Assembly (NCBI GenBank): GCA_963737155.1
Contig: CAVTRN010000002.1
Span: forward strand, 1-64,000
Direction: 5' to 3'
DNA: 64,000 nucleotides
Source: Nitrospirota bacterium
GTDB taxonomy: Bacteria; Nitrospirota; UBA9217
This document shows, piece by piece, positions 1 through 11,374 of the stretch; position 1 is the first letter of the stretch, and every line of letters begins with the position of its first letter. The position numbers and the translations under genes were made by a program. The notes below the pieces were generated by a model. It made no database searches. It was not told the origin of the DNA and saw only the letters and a list, made by a program, of their open reading frames with translations.

Positions 1-895
1 CCTGTGGGATTATTGACCTCAAATTTCCCGGAGAGTGACACGGTTCCTCCGCTTTGGCTAAATGAGCCAGTAAAACGTAATAATCCGGCATATAAACGAA
101 ACGGGCCAAGATGTTGTAGAGTCACCTTGTCTGGTGTCACTATTCCTAATACACCACCTTTCAACCGTCCCATGAAATTATTATTTGTTACACGAAGGGA
201 GAGGCGCGCCACCGATTCAAGCAGCGAGTAATTGCTTTGGAAGCGGACATCTTTATGGAAATAAATGTACATGTCAAAATATCCTTGCTTCGATTGGAAT
301 ATCGAAAAGCTACAAGTATACTAGCTTCAGAGAGATTTACGGTTCCGACCGTCACAAGCAGCGTCGCAGCGCGCTGCATCGTGGCGATTGTTTAAAATAG
401 TTAGAAAGCCTTCCGAGAAGGGATCAGAAGACCCTCTTGCATTATCTTGATGCACTGATTCAAAATAACGGAAGCGTGGTGTGGTGATGACGTTCTCAGA
501 TTCGTTTTATACATTATGAATCACGCTTTTCAAATAGTACAATGCTTTCTTGAAAGTCAATATCGATAGCAATATACATACTAAGATCCCTGTAGCGTAA
601 GGAAGAGCGGCAACGCTCTCAGGTAATTTTGATATGAAAGGCATCCCCACTATTAGTTGAAAACCATATCACAAAACGCATAACACAAAACGTATTAAGC
701 GATTATATTATTTGGGGAAATTATCCGTTCCGTTAAGGATTCGCTGGAATGACTCGACTAAGCCGGTAGCAATCGGATAGCCGGTTTTAAGATATTGATC
801 GTAGCACATCATATGTCCATGGTTCTCAAGATAGGTGATTGATTTATTCACCGCTCCATGCTGCGAGGTTATCAGCTTTCTTTTTGTTAATAGTA

Positions 896-1957
896 TTATT
901 TCCCCCTTTTATTTATTTTAGTCTTTGCAGATAATATTATCTTTACAATTAATAACAATATTAAAATGCCAAAAACAACAAATAATAACCTGTGCATAGC
1001 ATTTAAAACGGGTGCCGACATGTCAGCCACTAATTGAGATGTTGACGCTCCTGCCACATCTACATTCCGAGTATTTGAACCAATTATTTGCTTTAGCATA
1101 TTAGCCGATGCATCCGTTACTGCATTCATGCCATTTGGGGCTCCTGGTAATGATGCATTGTTATCAGTATATAGTTTTTGCGCAACAGATAACGTCCAAT
1201 TTCTAGTAGCTTCATTAAGAATCATATCGTCGGCATATTGATCCATTCTGGCCCCAGAGGGATTGTCAACCGATAAATACGCATCATTCATGATCACTGC
1301 AAGTGGATCGCTGATAACACTAAGCACACCGCCAAAATAATAAACATTTGAATGCGGCGCGCGTTTTGAAAATAAATTATTTGCAGTTACGATAAGAGCT
1401 TGGACACGAGCACGACTGAAATGAGACTTGGCAGGATTGTTTGCATCTATTACCGCTGTTATATAGTTGGTGCCATCCGAAACTTCGTATCTTGGCAATT
1501 CTCCAAACAAACATGATCTTTTTAGGTTCCCATCCGTATGATCCATTTCGTCTATAGACCAGTTGCTATTGAAATGGTATTTCATACCACTTTCAAATAA
1601 AATACCGCTTAATGATGTATTGACCTGTGAACCTGGGTAATTATAATTCAAATAGTCTGCAAAAGCTTTTTTGGTTTGTTCGCTGCCGTGCCCATATTTC
1701 CTTTCTATATCTGCATAGGTGCTCTGAAGAATGTTCTCTACACTCAATCTATGAGCCTCAACCTGCTGCCACCATTGAATCGTGTTTTGGAATCCATTAA
1801 CTGGGTCAGGTGCTGGGCTGGCAAAAACTGTGGTAGAATTAAATACGATGATTATTATGATTGCGTAAAGAGAATTTGTGAGCATGTACTTATTCTTTCC
1901 CCAAGTTATTCGCCTTTGACGACAGCTTGCGGCTTGAATCGGTACCACAGTCGCCAA
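896..1957 (-). CDS. hypothetical exported/membrane-anchored protein
   Basis: 353-aa ORF with a signal-like hydrophobic stretch (LYAIIIIIVFNSTTVFA) and a C-terminal TM helix plus basic tail. The true start is probably the internal MLTNSL. Confidence 0.65.
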   Translation of the reverse strand: MATVVPIQAASCRQRRITWGKNKYMLTNSLYAIIIIIVFNSTTVFASPAPDPVNGFQNTIQWWQQVEAHRLSVENILQSTYADIERKYGHGSEQTKKAFADYLNYNYPGSQVNTSLSGILFESGMKYHFNSNWSIDEMDHTDGNLKRSCLFGELPRYEVSDGTNYITAVIDANNPAKSHFSRARVQALIVTANNLFSKRAPHSNVYYFGGVLSVISDPLAVIMNDAYLSVDNPSGARMDQYADDMILNEATRNWTLSVAQKLYTDNNASLPGAPNGMNAVTDASANMLKQIIGSNTRNVDVAGASTSQLVADMSAPVLNAMHRLLFVVFGILILLLIVKIILSAKTKINKRGK

Positions 1958-2177
1958 GCAAGTACCTTCTGCTGTATTTAGAACTTCGTCGAGCCCCTAT
2001 ATGCCCGATGTAACGGTAAAATCTTAATAACGCATCTCAGAAGAATTGCAGTGTGGGCAACTTCTTTTATTTTTATTTAGATCAACCATTAGAGCAAGCT
2101 TTATTCTTGAATCTTCAATCTATTTACGGACGAATATATGCCAGATTTAGATCTATGTCAATGTCATTGGATGGGTT

Positions 2178-2420
2178 TGTCAAGGCAAAGTAAAAATGTC
2201 CTACTCTTAGCAAAGTAAAAGTGTCCGCTTTTTAGGAAGCAGCGGGAAGTTGTACAGATGCTCTTCTGAGCCTCTTCCAAGAATGATCTGCCGGCTGATA
2301 CCGTCTATCAATTAATACTGGCGTTTTTGGATTCTCTTTGACTGGCCGTCTCTTGATCTCCCGATATCTTAAATCCAAACTTTTGTGAGTTATGTGTAGA
2401 GATCCGTCCCAGCTTGGTCT
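2178..2420 (-). mobile_element. ISNCY-like transposase C-terminal remnant with element end
   Basis: Peptide DGSLHITHKSLDLRYREI...PADHSWKR followed by a terminus carrying two copies of GCAAAGTAAAA(A/G)TGTCC and ending TGTCAA at 2178. Confidence 0.6.
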
Positions 2421-2754
2421 GCTTCCACCACCCCTTTGACCTGAAGAAAGTAAGTTGAGCGAAAGGCTCGAAGAACAAAAGAGATTAGGTAAAGGGATCA
2501 CGAGAGTGAAGCATCACCACAACCACACTTTAACAGATGGTGCTTATAATAGCTTGACAACTTCCTTAGAAGAAAAAGTTCTTGTTGCCAGGAAAACCAT
2601 GTCATAATATCCATGATTCAAACAGAAGATTTCACCTTCCTAAAAATTCTTAACCTCCCACATCACCCACAAGTTTGCAGTCCTGTTGACTAAATTTCTA
2701 TGCGGTATTCCGGTTGTATCTTTGATATGAACGCTGTCGTGAGGGGCGCGGTCT

Positions 2755-3231
2755 TTAGTGACCCTCTCGATGGCGATGTTGGACACGATGTTTCTTAACG
2801 ACAATAGCTAGTCGACAAAAAATGATCACAGAACTAAGGAATGAAAAGAGAATGAAGGAGCCCCATATGGCTCCAACAGATTTTTGATAAGAATTACCAG
2901 GATTCCTTGGATCGTAAAGAATATCTATTGCTTGACCTTCTTCGTAAACGCTGAATAGGGTTGGGGCTGGTTTTGAAAGTTCATATTCATTTCCAGTAGC
3001 TGTATGGTACTTAATAATCGGAAATCTAAACATGTACGTTTCTCGCCTTCCTCCATAACGACTTTCTATATTCGCTATAACCGACTGGCTTCTAAACCCT
3101 TTCACTGTCCCAACGGTAGGGATAGCCACTCTCAGAAATAGAAGAGTCGTAAAAAAGTGGTAAGCCGCTATGGTGAGGAATAGCAGCGCCCACATGGTAG
3201 ATATTTTAACAGCGGCTCCTAAGATTCGCAC
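2755..3231 (-). CDS. DUF3592-like membrane protein
   Basis: TM - GTVKG...FPIIKYHTATG...GQAIDILYDPRNP - TM layout. Confidence 0.7.
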   Translation of the reverse strand: MRILGAAVKISTMWALLFLTIAAYHFFTTLLFLRVAIPTVGTVKGFRSQSVIANIESRYGGRRETYMFRFPIIKYHTATGNEYELSKPAPTLFSVYEEGQAIDILYDPRNPGNSYQKSVGAIWGSFILFSFLSSVIIFCRLAIVVKKHRVQHRHREGH

Positions 3232-3392
3232 TGACAGACTCTTTCCGCAGGTTTGACAAGTGATTGACGGAACCCCCTCGATTTGATATAATTCACCAAT
3301 TTGCTCATCACAAATCCTTCAGATAAAGTATGCATCCGCTGGTCACAAATCAGCTTTTGAACCAGTCAGGTAGAACAAAGTCCTGCTAGTAA

Positions 3393-4499
3393 CTATTCCC
3401 CAACATATTTGTTATTTTCCCATCGGCCTCTTTGTGTTTTTGTTCCATCAGAATTGCTCATCGTGCCTTGTCCGTTGATTTTACCATCCTTGAATTCTCC
3501 AACATATCTACTGCCATTGGCCCATGTGAATGTCCCTTGTCCGTTATATTTACCATCTTTAAACTCACCAATATACTTACTGCCGTTCATGCGAATAAGA
3601 GTCCCATATCCCTGTAATTTATCATTTTTGAACTCGCCAACATACTTATCATTATTGGCCCATGTGAATGTCCCTTGTCCGTTATATTTACCATCTTTGA
3701 ACTCACCCACATACTTATTGCCGTTCATGCGAATAAGCGTCCCATGTCCCTGTAATTTGCTATTTTTGAACTCGCCAATATACTTATCAGTATTGTCCCA
3801 TGTAAAAGTCCCTTGTCCGTTATATTTACCATCCTTGAACTCACCCACATATTTACTACCACTGGAGATTGTAAGAGTCCCTTGACCGTTATTACAATCT
3901 CCTGAAGTACAAGTGCAACTAATAAAAGACCTCATAACCTGCCGTTTGTCATTTTTATTACTTTCCTTATCCAGTGCAGTTCCAATAAAAAAGCCAATTG
4001 CTCCTGCAATAATTAGAAAAGCGATAATGCTACCGAGAATCTTTATTTTATCTTTATATTTTGGACTTTTATGCCATTTTATAAAAACAGGATTGTCATT
4101 TTCCTTTTTCAAAAGATTATTTGCGTGACGAACATCACTAAGTTTTTCATTGATAGCTCGATTTGGCTCAGGACGGCTTTTCCCACAATTCCAGCATTCA
4201 GTAAATTGATCTTCGATGTTTTCGCCACATGAATCGCATTTCCAAAAACTGGTCATCTTCTTTGCTGCGAGTGTTTCATCAACTATGCGTTTTGCTTCTG
4301 AATAATCACTATCCTCTACGCATAGTTGAGGCCAACTCTCAATCGGTGGAATCTCACCGACACCAGCTAAAAGAAATTCGTTTTTGATCCAGCACGTGAT
4401 CCCCCGTTCTTCCAGGATACTCTGGAATATGCTCACAAGCGAGATATTTGCTGCGCTGTAAACCGTCTGCATTGGCCCTCTCTGGTTATCCGAAGGCAT
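3393..4499 (-). CDS. DUF2007-like domain + Zn ribbon + TM + MORN-repeat protein
   Basis: N-terminal LEERGITCWIKNE...WPQLCV; WKCDSCGE...CWNCG; a TM helix; 23-aa repeats YVGEFKDGKYNGQGTFTW. Confidence 0.85.
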   Translation of the reverse strand: MPSDNQRGPMQTVYSAANISLVSIFQSILEERGITCWIKNEFLLAGVGEIPPIESWPQLCVEDSDYSEAKRIVDETLAAKKMTSFWKCDSCGENIEDQFTECWNCGKSRPEPNRAINEKLSDVRHANNLLKKENDNPVFIKWHKSPKYKDKIKILGSIIAFLIIAGAIGFFIGTALDKESNKNDKRQVMRSFISCTCTSGDCNNGQGTLTISSGSKYVGEFKDGKYNGQGTFTWDNTDKYIGEFKNSKLQGHGTLIRMNGNKYVGEFKDGKYNGQGTFTWANNDKYVGEFKNDKLQGYGTLIRMNGSKYIGEFKDGKYNGQGTFTWANGSRYVGEFKDGKINGQGTMSNSDGTKTQRGRWENNKYVGE

Positions 4500-4722
4500 T
4501 TAACACGTGCTTGTATCAAATAGCAAAATAAACTTCGTACTACCTGGAGTGCGCGGTAAATAATTCGGCACCACACAATTCAACCACAATCACTCACATC
4601 ATTCGAGAAATAGCAGTTCCATTGGCCACCTCCTACTGTACAATTTCAATAATGTGGCAATGTTAAATAATGCTGGCAAAATATTCACACTGCCAGAAAT
4701 ACCGAAACTGTAATTCATATAC

Positions 4723-5166
4723 TTAGGTGTTTGTTCTTTCATATGCAAACACCGCATCTTTAACGGCATTAAGCATACGAACGAGTCGCAAAGTTACTAT
4801 CTTTTTGTTGAATGGACTAATTAGAAAAAATTTTCCACCCTTGCTCGTAACGCCGACTTCCACCATGGTTCTGGTGGCCTGTCCATGAACATAAATGGGG
4901 TAGAGGGAACCATAGCTATTCCATGTTATTCTTTCGTTTAATATTACTGCAAGATGTTGTTCGTCATAGTCATCAATCCGATAGCCGTTTTGGATCGCGA
5001 ACGACATTATTGCTTTGAAAGTTCTATCGGGCGGAAGATCTGTAAAAAATGTCTCACTGTAATGCGATTGTGTTGTCTTCAGTGATCCTTTTCGGATTTG
5101 ATCATTGATGATAAAGATACCAATAATCCATAGCGGGATCAGGTACGGAAGCCAATTCATTATCAT
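4723..5166 (-). CDS. hypothetical membrane-anchored protein
   Basis: 147-aa ORF with an N-terminal hydrophobic helix. Confidence 0.6.
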   Translation of the reverse strand: MIMNWLPYLIPLWIIGIFIINDQIRKGSLKTTQSHYSETFFTDLPPDRTFKAIMSFAIQNGYRIDDYDEQHLAVILNERITWNSYGSLYPIYVHGQATRTMVEVGVTSKGGKFFLISPFNKKIVTLRLVRMLNAVKDAVFAYERTNT

Positions 5167-5551
5167 GCTAACTCCCTAAAGTGATAATAAATGAATAATG
5201 TTAATTGCCGCCTAATAATATAATGGACAGAAATGAGATACTTCTGTATCTACCAGGAGTGAAAGATGTCAAAATTAATGTAAATTGGGCAACACTTTTC
5301 CATAAAAAATGATTTCGGTGGTCTGTAGCATTCTATGTGGGTGATGCAATGTTGATATATCTTGCTTTGAAAGCAAGTATGCATGTCATCAGCATATGCT
5401 TGCGACAGCGATGGGTTTAGGGGATTCCAAAAATATAGAATGTAGTTTTGACTGTTTCTACGAATTAAAGCTCCAATGTTTCACGAAGTTGTTCTCTAAC
5501 ATTTATTGCAACCAGAAATCATTTACTTTATTCGGAGAATAAACGCTCCAT

Positions 5552-6085
5552 CTAACGCGCGGCAACCTTGTCCACCGCCGCTTTGATAGCTGAGGGATTG
5601 TATCCTCGGATGATCGTTCCTCCGATGTCGATAAACGGAATGGCAGTTGATCCACCACTTTTCTGTCTTAATTCCGCTTTCCGGGATGGCTGGGTTTCAA
5701 TGTCGTACTGTACCAGGTTCACGCCAAGCGATCGAATATATGCTCCGGCCTGCTTGCAGTAGGGACACCAACTTGCCATGTACATTTCCGCAGTTACGCT
5801 TCCATAATTCGGGGTACGTTTTTGGTAGACTGCTCCCTCTTGAGATTGTGTACTTCGATTCTCCCTTGTGGCCTGTTCCTGTTCTCTCGAAGGAGTCGAC
5901 CAGTAGACGCCATCATCCTTTAGCTGTTTTTCCTTCGCACCAGAGTCGGAAGGAGGCCTGTCGGTAACGATCAAAACTCCATTCTTATCCGTGTACTGGT
6001 AAAGCTGCGCCTGTGCTGAAGCCGCGAGTGCTACGACGATGCAAAGGAAGGCAAAGGACATAATGTAGTTTTGTTTTCTGATCAT
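5552..6085 (-). CDS. exported DUF4124 + glutaredoxin-domain protein
   Basis: Signal peptide, YQYTDKNGVLIVTDRPP, then WCPYC and IPFIDIGGTIIRGY. Start moved to ATG 6085, which follows GAGG. Confidence 0.85.
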   Translation of the reverse strand: MIRKQNYIMSFAFLCIVVALAASAQAQLYQYTDKNGVLIVTDRPPSDSGAKEKQLKDDGVYWSTPSREQEQATRENRSTQSQEGAVYQKRTPNYGSVTAEMYMASWCPYCKQAGAYIRSLGVNLVQYDIETQPSRKAELRQKSGGSTAIPFIDIGGTIIRGYNPSAIKAAVDKVAAR

Positions 6086-6661
6086 TGGTTTGACCTCAAT
6101 GTGGAATATTGCCGGCCCAAGAATTATAGAGGACCGCAAAAGTAATGCAACATAGCCTTGTCGTTTTAAACCAGTTTTTGCAGGTGCTTTATGATGGCAG
6201 AGCGTTGCATTACTTATGTTGCTCTCTATAAATCGAACTTTCATGGTTCGTTAAAGATTAATAAGTTTAGATAATCAAATTATTCCAAATTGCCTGTTAT
6301 CCAAGCCAAAGACAACGAAATAGATACTTGCTTTATTATAAATATATGCCTGATATAAAAAGATGTCAACGGCTAACGATATGCTTGCGACGGGGTGTTT
6401 TGGGGTATATGACGAATAACGAGGTGAAGAATACAGGTTGATAATTTATGTTGTTGCCAGAAATTTAAACTCCAAGAGTACAGGAAGCAGTCGCTGACGG
6501 TAAACTTTATCACAAAATGTATGATACAAAATGCTTTTTGCACCTTCACTAATATTATACGAAACTCGGCTTCACCTACAACTGTACAACGTCAATATTA
6601 TGACAAGGGCCAATTATACTGTTTGTAGTCTGCGCCATAATAGCTGTAATCTACCATAGTA

Positions 6662-8002
6662 TCACGCGAAGCATCTGCCAAAAGCCTTGAACAGTTGCAT
6701 CTGTCCCTTGACGCGAATCCTTCTCAAAATTATCTCCTTGAACATCGAACTTTCTTTATGCAGCACCCGCAGCCAGGTTTTTGCATCTGCATGCACCCGT
6801 AGGTCCGGAAGGCCTGCGTGTCCCTCTTGTACGCTGATTGTTTTGTCTTTGATAATGACCGTTGCTTTGATCTGCTCGTTGCCCTCGAACGTGAAATGAT
6901 AGGTAGCATTCAGTCCTTCGGACTGGTGGCGTTGGAAGGCAAGGGGCATGGACGCGAGAAAGGCTGCGACGGACGGCGGTCTGATGCCGTTGCCCACGCG
7001 TTTTATTTTTTTATGCGGGAACATGCTCAGAACATGGTTCTCTGCGTCGGAACCCGGGAGGACATAAACTGTCTCTTTTCTTTGTTGGAGCGGCTTAACC
7101 ACGTCCTCGACAAATTTCTTTTTGTCCGCAAGATACTGCGGGATCACCTCGTCGCCCGCTGGGCAGACTGCCATACAATAAACCGATTTGTAGCACGGCC
7201 CGTTCGCTAGGCTTTGCCACATTGATACAGTCTCGGCATCGCTTGTTCTGGTCCGGTAATCGATTGCGCTCTTACTGTCCGCGATATTTTCAACCCAGTT
7301 CGTGAATCCGCCCAACAGTTCCCGATAGGTATGCGTGAGGCAGTTTATGGGGTTGAAGACCCCGTCCGGGCCTATGGCGCCTGTCGGACAAGCAATCGAG
7401 CAAAGCTTGCAATCAAGACAGGGGTTATATTCCAAGGGACTGCTGTATTCGTCCACCTCAGCATCGATAAGTACGGTATTGAGCAGTACAAAACTCCCGA
7501 ACACCGGGTGAATGACATTCCGGTGCAGACCGATCTTCCCGAGTCCGGCGGCTACGGCTACGGGCTTGTGCGACACCAAATGCATTTTGCCGAGCCACCT
7601 GTCCGCTTCCATGGGAAACCCTGCAGCCGGCGTTGCGGCACGTATGCCTTTACGCTCGAGGGCTGCTGCTAATGCATGGGTGACGTGGGTCAACCGCTCT
7701 TCCACCTGATGCAGCTCAAGACTTGCAATGGAGCGGGCAGGACTTCTGAGGTTTTCCCGATTGAGCCGTCCGACAAAACTGATGAGCGCCTTCGTCCAAG
7801 GGAATATGCCGAGAATGTCTGCCTTCTGATCAGCTAATGATGGCCGGTCGATCTCGACAAAACCCACGTCATCAGCGCCGAATTCAAGACATATGCGGCG
7901 CAGATCCCGGGCTTTCAGTTTCGGAACGGTCGTGTGAAGCATGTTTGATGCCTTCCTCTCGTGATAGCGTTTTACCGTCGGGTGGTCATTCAAATCCTTC
8001 AT
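6662..8002 (-). CDS. QueG/reductive-dehalogenase-like 4Fe-4S protein with C-terminal SCP2 sterol-binding domain
   Basis: GADDVGFVE, HKPVAVAAGLGKIG, CLDCKLCSIACP, CMAVCP; C-terminal ATYHFTFEG...IRVKG resembles SCP2. Confidence 0.8.
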   Translation of the reverse strand: MKDLNDHPTVKRYHERKASNMLHTTVPKLKARDLRRICLEFGADDVGFVEIDRPSLADQKADILGIFPWTKALISFVGRLNRENLRSPARSIASLELHQVEERLTHVTHALAAALERKGIRAATPAAGFPMEADRWLGKMHLVSHKPVAVAAGLGKIGLHRNVIHPVFGSFVLLNTVLIDAEVDEYSSPLEYNPCLDCKLCSIACPTGAIGPDGVFNPINCLTHTYRELLGGFTNWVENIADSKSAIDYRTRTSDAETVSMWQSLANGPCYKSVYCMAVCPAGDEVIPQYLADKKKFVEDVVKPLQQRKETVYVLPGSDAENHVLSMFPHKKIKRVGNGIRPPSVAAFLASMPLAFQRHQSEGLNATYHFTFEGNEQIKATVIIKDKTISVQEGHAGLPDLRVHADAKTWLRVLHKESSMFKEIILRRIRVKGQMQLFKAFGRCFA

Positions 8003-8535
8003 TTAAGCCTCCTTTGTTGTATATCCAACATCATCGTCAAAAAAAATTACTCCTCGTTTTTCCTGTCTAACGTGTCATGGAGCTTCCGAACCGCCGCAAA
8101 CCTCTCTTCTCCCTACCCATCCAACTGGAACTTTTTTCTGACCCCTAACCGTCATGTAGCACGCGCCACCAGAAACGGAAACCCGCGGGGGATTGTCCCA
8201 ATGGGTAGTAGGCATTCAGGACGATTTGGTCCACGCATTCATAAGCTCCGTCTAACAAGGCGAAATAGTAATTGCTGAATTCGTCGGTATGCATGGTTCT
8301 CCCTGGTCGGTGATGGAATGATCTACCTATAAAGAGAACTGATCATAGTATCAACTGCCCCGAAGGGGCCATATCTGCCGGGCGAGGTCCCAGCCGACAC
8401 GTAGTCTCTAACATTTACCTTATGAACAGTGTCATAGAAGAGACGCACGATCGAATTTGTGTCTTCTGGTTTAAATTCCCGAATCATAAATTATGTCACA
8501 TCCTCGATAAGGGATTTGCGCAACGGGCTCAAAAA

Positions 8536-9225
8536 TCAGGCTCCTTTCTTTTTGAGCAAACGCCATAGGGTATACGAATGCAGTAAAATAGCGCGCGGGA
8601 CCGCCACTGCTGGAATTAGCAGAAGCGGAAAAATCAATTGCATTGGCGGATTCGCGACGATAACCTTGAGCGCCGGACTGGAAAGTATTCCGATGGCAAG
8701 CGCATTGATAAGATCAGCAATGCCGAAAATATTCCAGAATATGGCAATACCGCGCGACCACGGTTTTTGCTTGTAATACCAGTAAGCGACAAACGGTGCG
8801 GCTGCACCGGTAATAAAATCACCAATACCCGCAGGAATTGCGAAAACTCCAGGTAAAGTACCTTGCGCATATCGTACAAGGAATACCACACCACCAACTC
8901 TAAAGGTTTGAATGGCGATTAACCAGTACATAGGAAATGCGAGAAACATTTTTTTAAATGTCGCTGAAAAAAGAAACGCAAAACCGATCACGAGGCTCAC
9001 TAAAACTGTTATCGGGATGGCTGTACCATTAGCGCTGAAGAAGCCCTGGACGCCGAGTATGGATGCAACAAGAAGCCATCCCCACAAAAGAACGCCGGCC
9101 ACAATTGCAATGGTGCGTTTTGAACCTACCGGGATGTCCATTCTACGCAATACTATATAGATGCCGATCCACCAGAGAGTGGCGGTAATGACTTGTGAAC
9201 TTATGCCGACTATATTGGTAATCAT
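8536..9225 (-). CDS. polytopic membrane protein of unknown function
   Basis: 229 aa, about 7 TM segments, AAGGAGG SD. Paralogous to 11546..12028. Confidence 0.8.
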   Translation of the reverse strand: MITNIVGISSQVITATLWWIGIYIVLRRMDIPVGSKRTIAIVAGVLLWGWLLVASILGVQGFFSANGTAIPITVLVSLVIGFAFLFSATFKKMFLAFPMYWLIAIQTFRVGGVVFLVRYAQGTLPGVFAIPAGIGDFITGAAAPFVAYWYYKQKPWSRGIAIFWNIFGIADLINALAIGILSSPALKVIVANPPMQLIFPLLLIPAVAVPRAILLHSYTLWRLLKKKGA

Positions 9226-9405
9226 ATATCCTCCTTATTGGTCTTTTTTATTAGTAGTGTTTCATAAACCTGGAAATAACATAGTAGATAGTAGTATACT
9301 GCTTCATTTTTGGGGCAGGGCATCTCGCAAAACTGTTTTGGCTCAGCGTGAACTGGACTTTTAGCCGATTTGAGATACACTACTATCTCGAACGGAGGAA
9401 AGTCC

Positions 9406-9714
9406 ATGAAAAAGAAACGTCACAACTACACACCCGAAGAAAAAGTCATGATCCTCAAACGTCATTTGACCGAAGGAGTCGCTGTTTCCGTTTTGTGCGA
9501 CGAGTACCATCTTCAGCCCAAAGTTTTCTACGATTGGCAGAAGCAGTTGTTTGAGAATGCCTCGGCAGCATTCATTCGAGGCACCAATGGCTCCAACCGC
9601 AAAGATCAGAAGCGCATCCAACAGCTTGAAGAGAAGCTCCAAAAAAAGAATGAAGTAGTGTCCGAGCTGATGGAGGAGCATGTAAAGTTAAAAAAAGAAC
9701 TTGGGGAGCTTTAA
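9406..9714 (+). CDS. IS3 transposase OrfA (HTH)
   Basis: RHNYTPEEKVMILKRHL...FYDWQKQL followed by a coiled coil; GGAGG SD. Confidence 0.9.
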   Translation: MKKKRHNYTPEEKVMILKRHLTEGVAVSVLCDEYHLQPKVFYDWQKQLFENASAAFIRGTNGSNRKDQKRIQQLEEKLQKKNEVVSELMEEHVKLKKELGEL

Positions 9715-10739
9715 CCGGCGTCTGGGTTCCCCATGATACAAGAGACGCTATCGTTGACTTTGTCCAGAAATGGAACGATAAGACTGGCATCCCGATCACA
9801 CATTTCATCGACTGGCTTGCCGTCCGCAAGAGCAAATTCTACACCTGGATCAAACGCTACGGCAAGGTCAACGAGCATAATGCCCCCATCCCTCGTGATT
9901 TTTGGCTGGAGGAATGGGAACGAGAAGCAATTATTCAGTTCTGCATCAATAACCCGCTTGAAGGCTACCGGCGGCTCACGTTCATGATGCTCGACCGGAA
10001 CGTGGTTGCAGTCAGCCCCGCCAGTGTATGGCGTATTCTTTCAAAGGCAGGGCTTTTAGAGCGGTGGAACAAAAAACCCAGCAAGAAGGGCACCGGCTTT
10101 GTTCAGCCGCTTCTGCCCCACGAACATTGGCACGTAGACGTTTCATACATCAACATTTGCGGCACGTTTTACTACTTGTGCAGCTTTCTCGACGGATGCA
10201 GTCGTTTTATCATCCACTGGGAGATCCGGGAGAAGATGGAGGAGACGGATATCGAGATCATCCTTCAAAAGGCAAAGGAGAAGTTCCCGGAAGCGCGTCC
10301 CCGGATCATATCGGACAACGGTCCACAGTTCATCGCCAAGGACTTCAAAGAGTTCATTCGGCTGTCCGGTATGACGCATGTACGGACGTCGCCTTATTAT
10401 CCGCAGTCAAACGGCAAACTGGAGCGGTTCCATAAAACAATCAAAGGAGAATGCATTCGCCCGAAGACACCGCTCTCACTTGACGAAGCCAGGAGACTTG
10501 TGGCAGAGTACATCGAGCACTACAACACCGTCCGACTCCATAGCGCCATCGGTTACATCGCCCCCGCAGACAAACTGAACGGTAGGGATAAGGAGATTTT
10601 CAAAGAACGGGATCAGAAGCTTGAAGCCGCCCGGGAACAACGCAGAGTCAAGAGACAGCAGGTATATGAGAAAAGCGCCCGATCCGGGGCATCCGGATAT
10701 CCCTTAACTCAGATGGCTACACTGTCCACTTCCGACTGA
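9690..10739 (+). CDS. IS3 transposase OrfB (DDE), joined to OrfA by a -1 frameshift
   Basis: A7G slippery run at 9690-9697; the -1 frame continues into WHVDVSY, IISDNGPQF, SNGKLERFH, RLHSAIGY. Confidence 0.9.
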   Translation, partial: KKRTWGALTGVWVPHDTRDAIVDFVQKWNDKTGIPITHFIDWLAVRKSKFYTWIKRYGKVNEHNAPIPRDFWLEEWEREAIIQFCINNPLEGYRRLTFMMLDRNVVAVSPASVWRILSKAGLLERWNKKPSKKGTGFVQPLLPHEHWHVDVSYINICGTFYYLCSFLDGCSRFIIHWEIREKMEETDIEIILQKAKEKFPEARPRIISDNGPQFIAKDFKEFIRLSGMTHVRTSPYYPQSNGKLERFHKTIKGECIRPKTPLSLDEARRLVAEYIEHYNTVRLHSAIGYIAPADKLNGRDKEIFKERDQKLEAAREQRRVKRQQVYEKSARSGASGYPLTQMATLSTSD

Positions 10740-10885
10740 GGCAAAACAAAACCATATCCGACTCGGAAAGAATCAGTTGCCTATGATGACTGCTCCAACT
10801 TTTTATTTACGTTCAGTCAGATGACACTGCCAAGACTGCGCCACTATCTCATTTCCAGCGCTTCAAAACGGACTTCAACATTCTG

Positions 10886-11374
10886 CTAAATTAATTCCTT
10901 TGTTAAACGAGACATCTTTTCATCAAGCATACGAGCTACGGACTTGACATCTTCGTCTCCAAATTGCTCAAGAAGCGTCGAGGGCCGGTCATAAGTGATA
11001 CGAGTTTTACCATCGGGTCCTTCATAAACCGAAACTCGCAGCGGAGCATATACGCCGATCGCGGGGTTTCTTTCGAACATCCGATTCGCGAGAACCGGGT
11101 TCCCGATGAGGTACACGGTCATTTTCTTTTTCTTTCCCATCAACGAGACTAAAGGCCCCTGGTCGAGTTTTGCGAGGACCAAAAAGCCTAAGTCACCAAC
11201 CATACCCTCAACAACGTCCTCAATTTCTCTGGTGCTCGCCCCAGCTGCGGCCAAGCGGGCAAAAGCAGAAGAATCCGCCATCGGGATTCTACGCTCGAAT
11301 GCTGCTATCGTTTCAGAAAATTTTTTTGTTGAAGTAACCTCTACTCTTTCGCCATCAAAACGATACTTTTCCAT
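10886..11374 (-). CDS. DUF302 domain protein
   Basis: GNPVLANRMF...YAPLRVSVYE...YDRPS motif. Confidence 0.85.
   Translation of the reverse strand: MEKYRFDGERVEVTSTKKFSETIAAFERRIPMADSSAFARLAAAGASTREIEDVVEGMVGDLGFLVLAKLDQGPLVSLMGKKKKMTVYLIGNPVLANRMFERNPAIGVYAPLRVSVYEGPDGKTRITYDRPSTLLEQFGDEDVKSVARMLDEKMSRLTKELI

Larger units (their letters stand above)
9334..10748 (+). mobile_element. IS3-family insertion sequence, apparently intact
   Basis: Imperfect 25-bp IRs (TGTTTTGGCTCAGCGTGAACTGGAC / GTCCACTTCCGACTGAGGCAAAACA); 4-bp AAAC duplication at 9330-9333 and 10749-10752; orfA and orfB. Confidence 0.92.

Noticed and set aside
4-490. Short ORFs at the left edge, including a possible XRE-regulator tail
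   Set aside because: Fragmentary with stops and no supportable motif.
3409-3885. Pro/Leu repeat ORF on the + strand
   Set aside because: Antisense of the MORN repeats.
6545-6566. dif/lox-like site (TTTCGTATAAT on the minus strand)
   Set aside because: Only one arm; no matching XerD or second arm.
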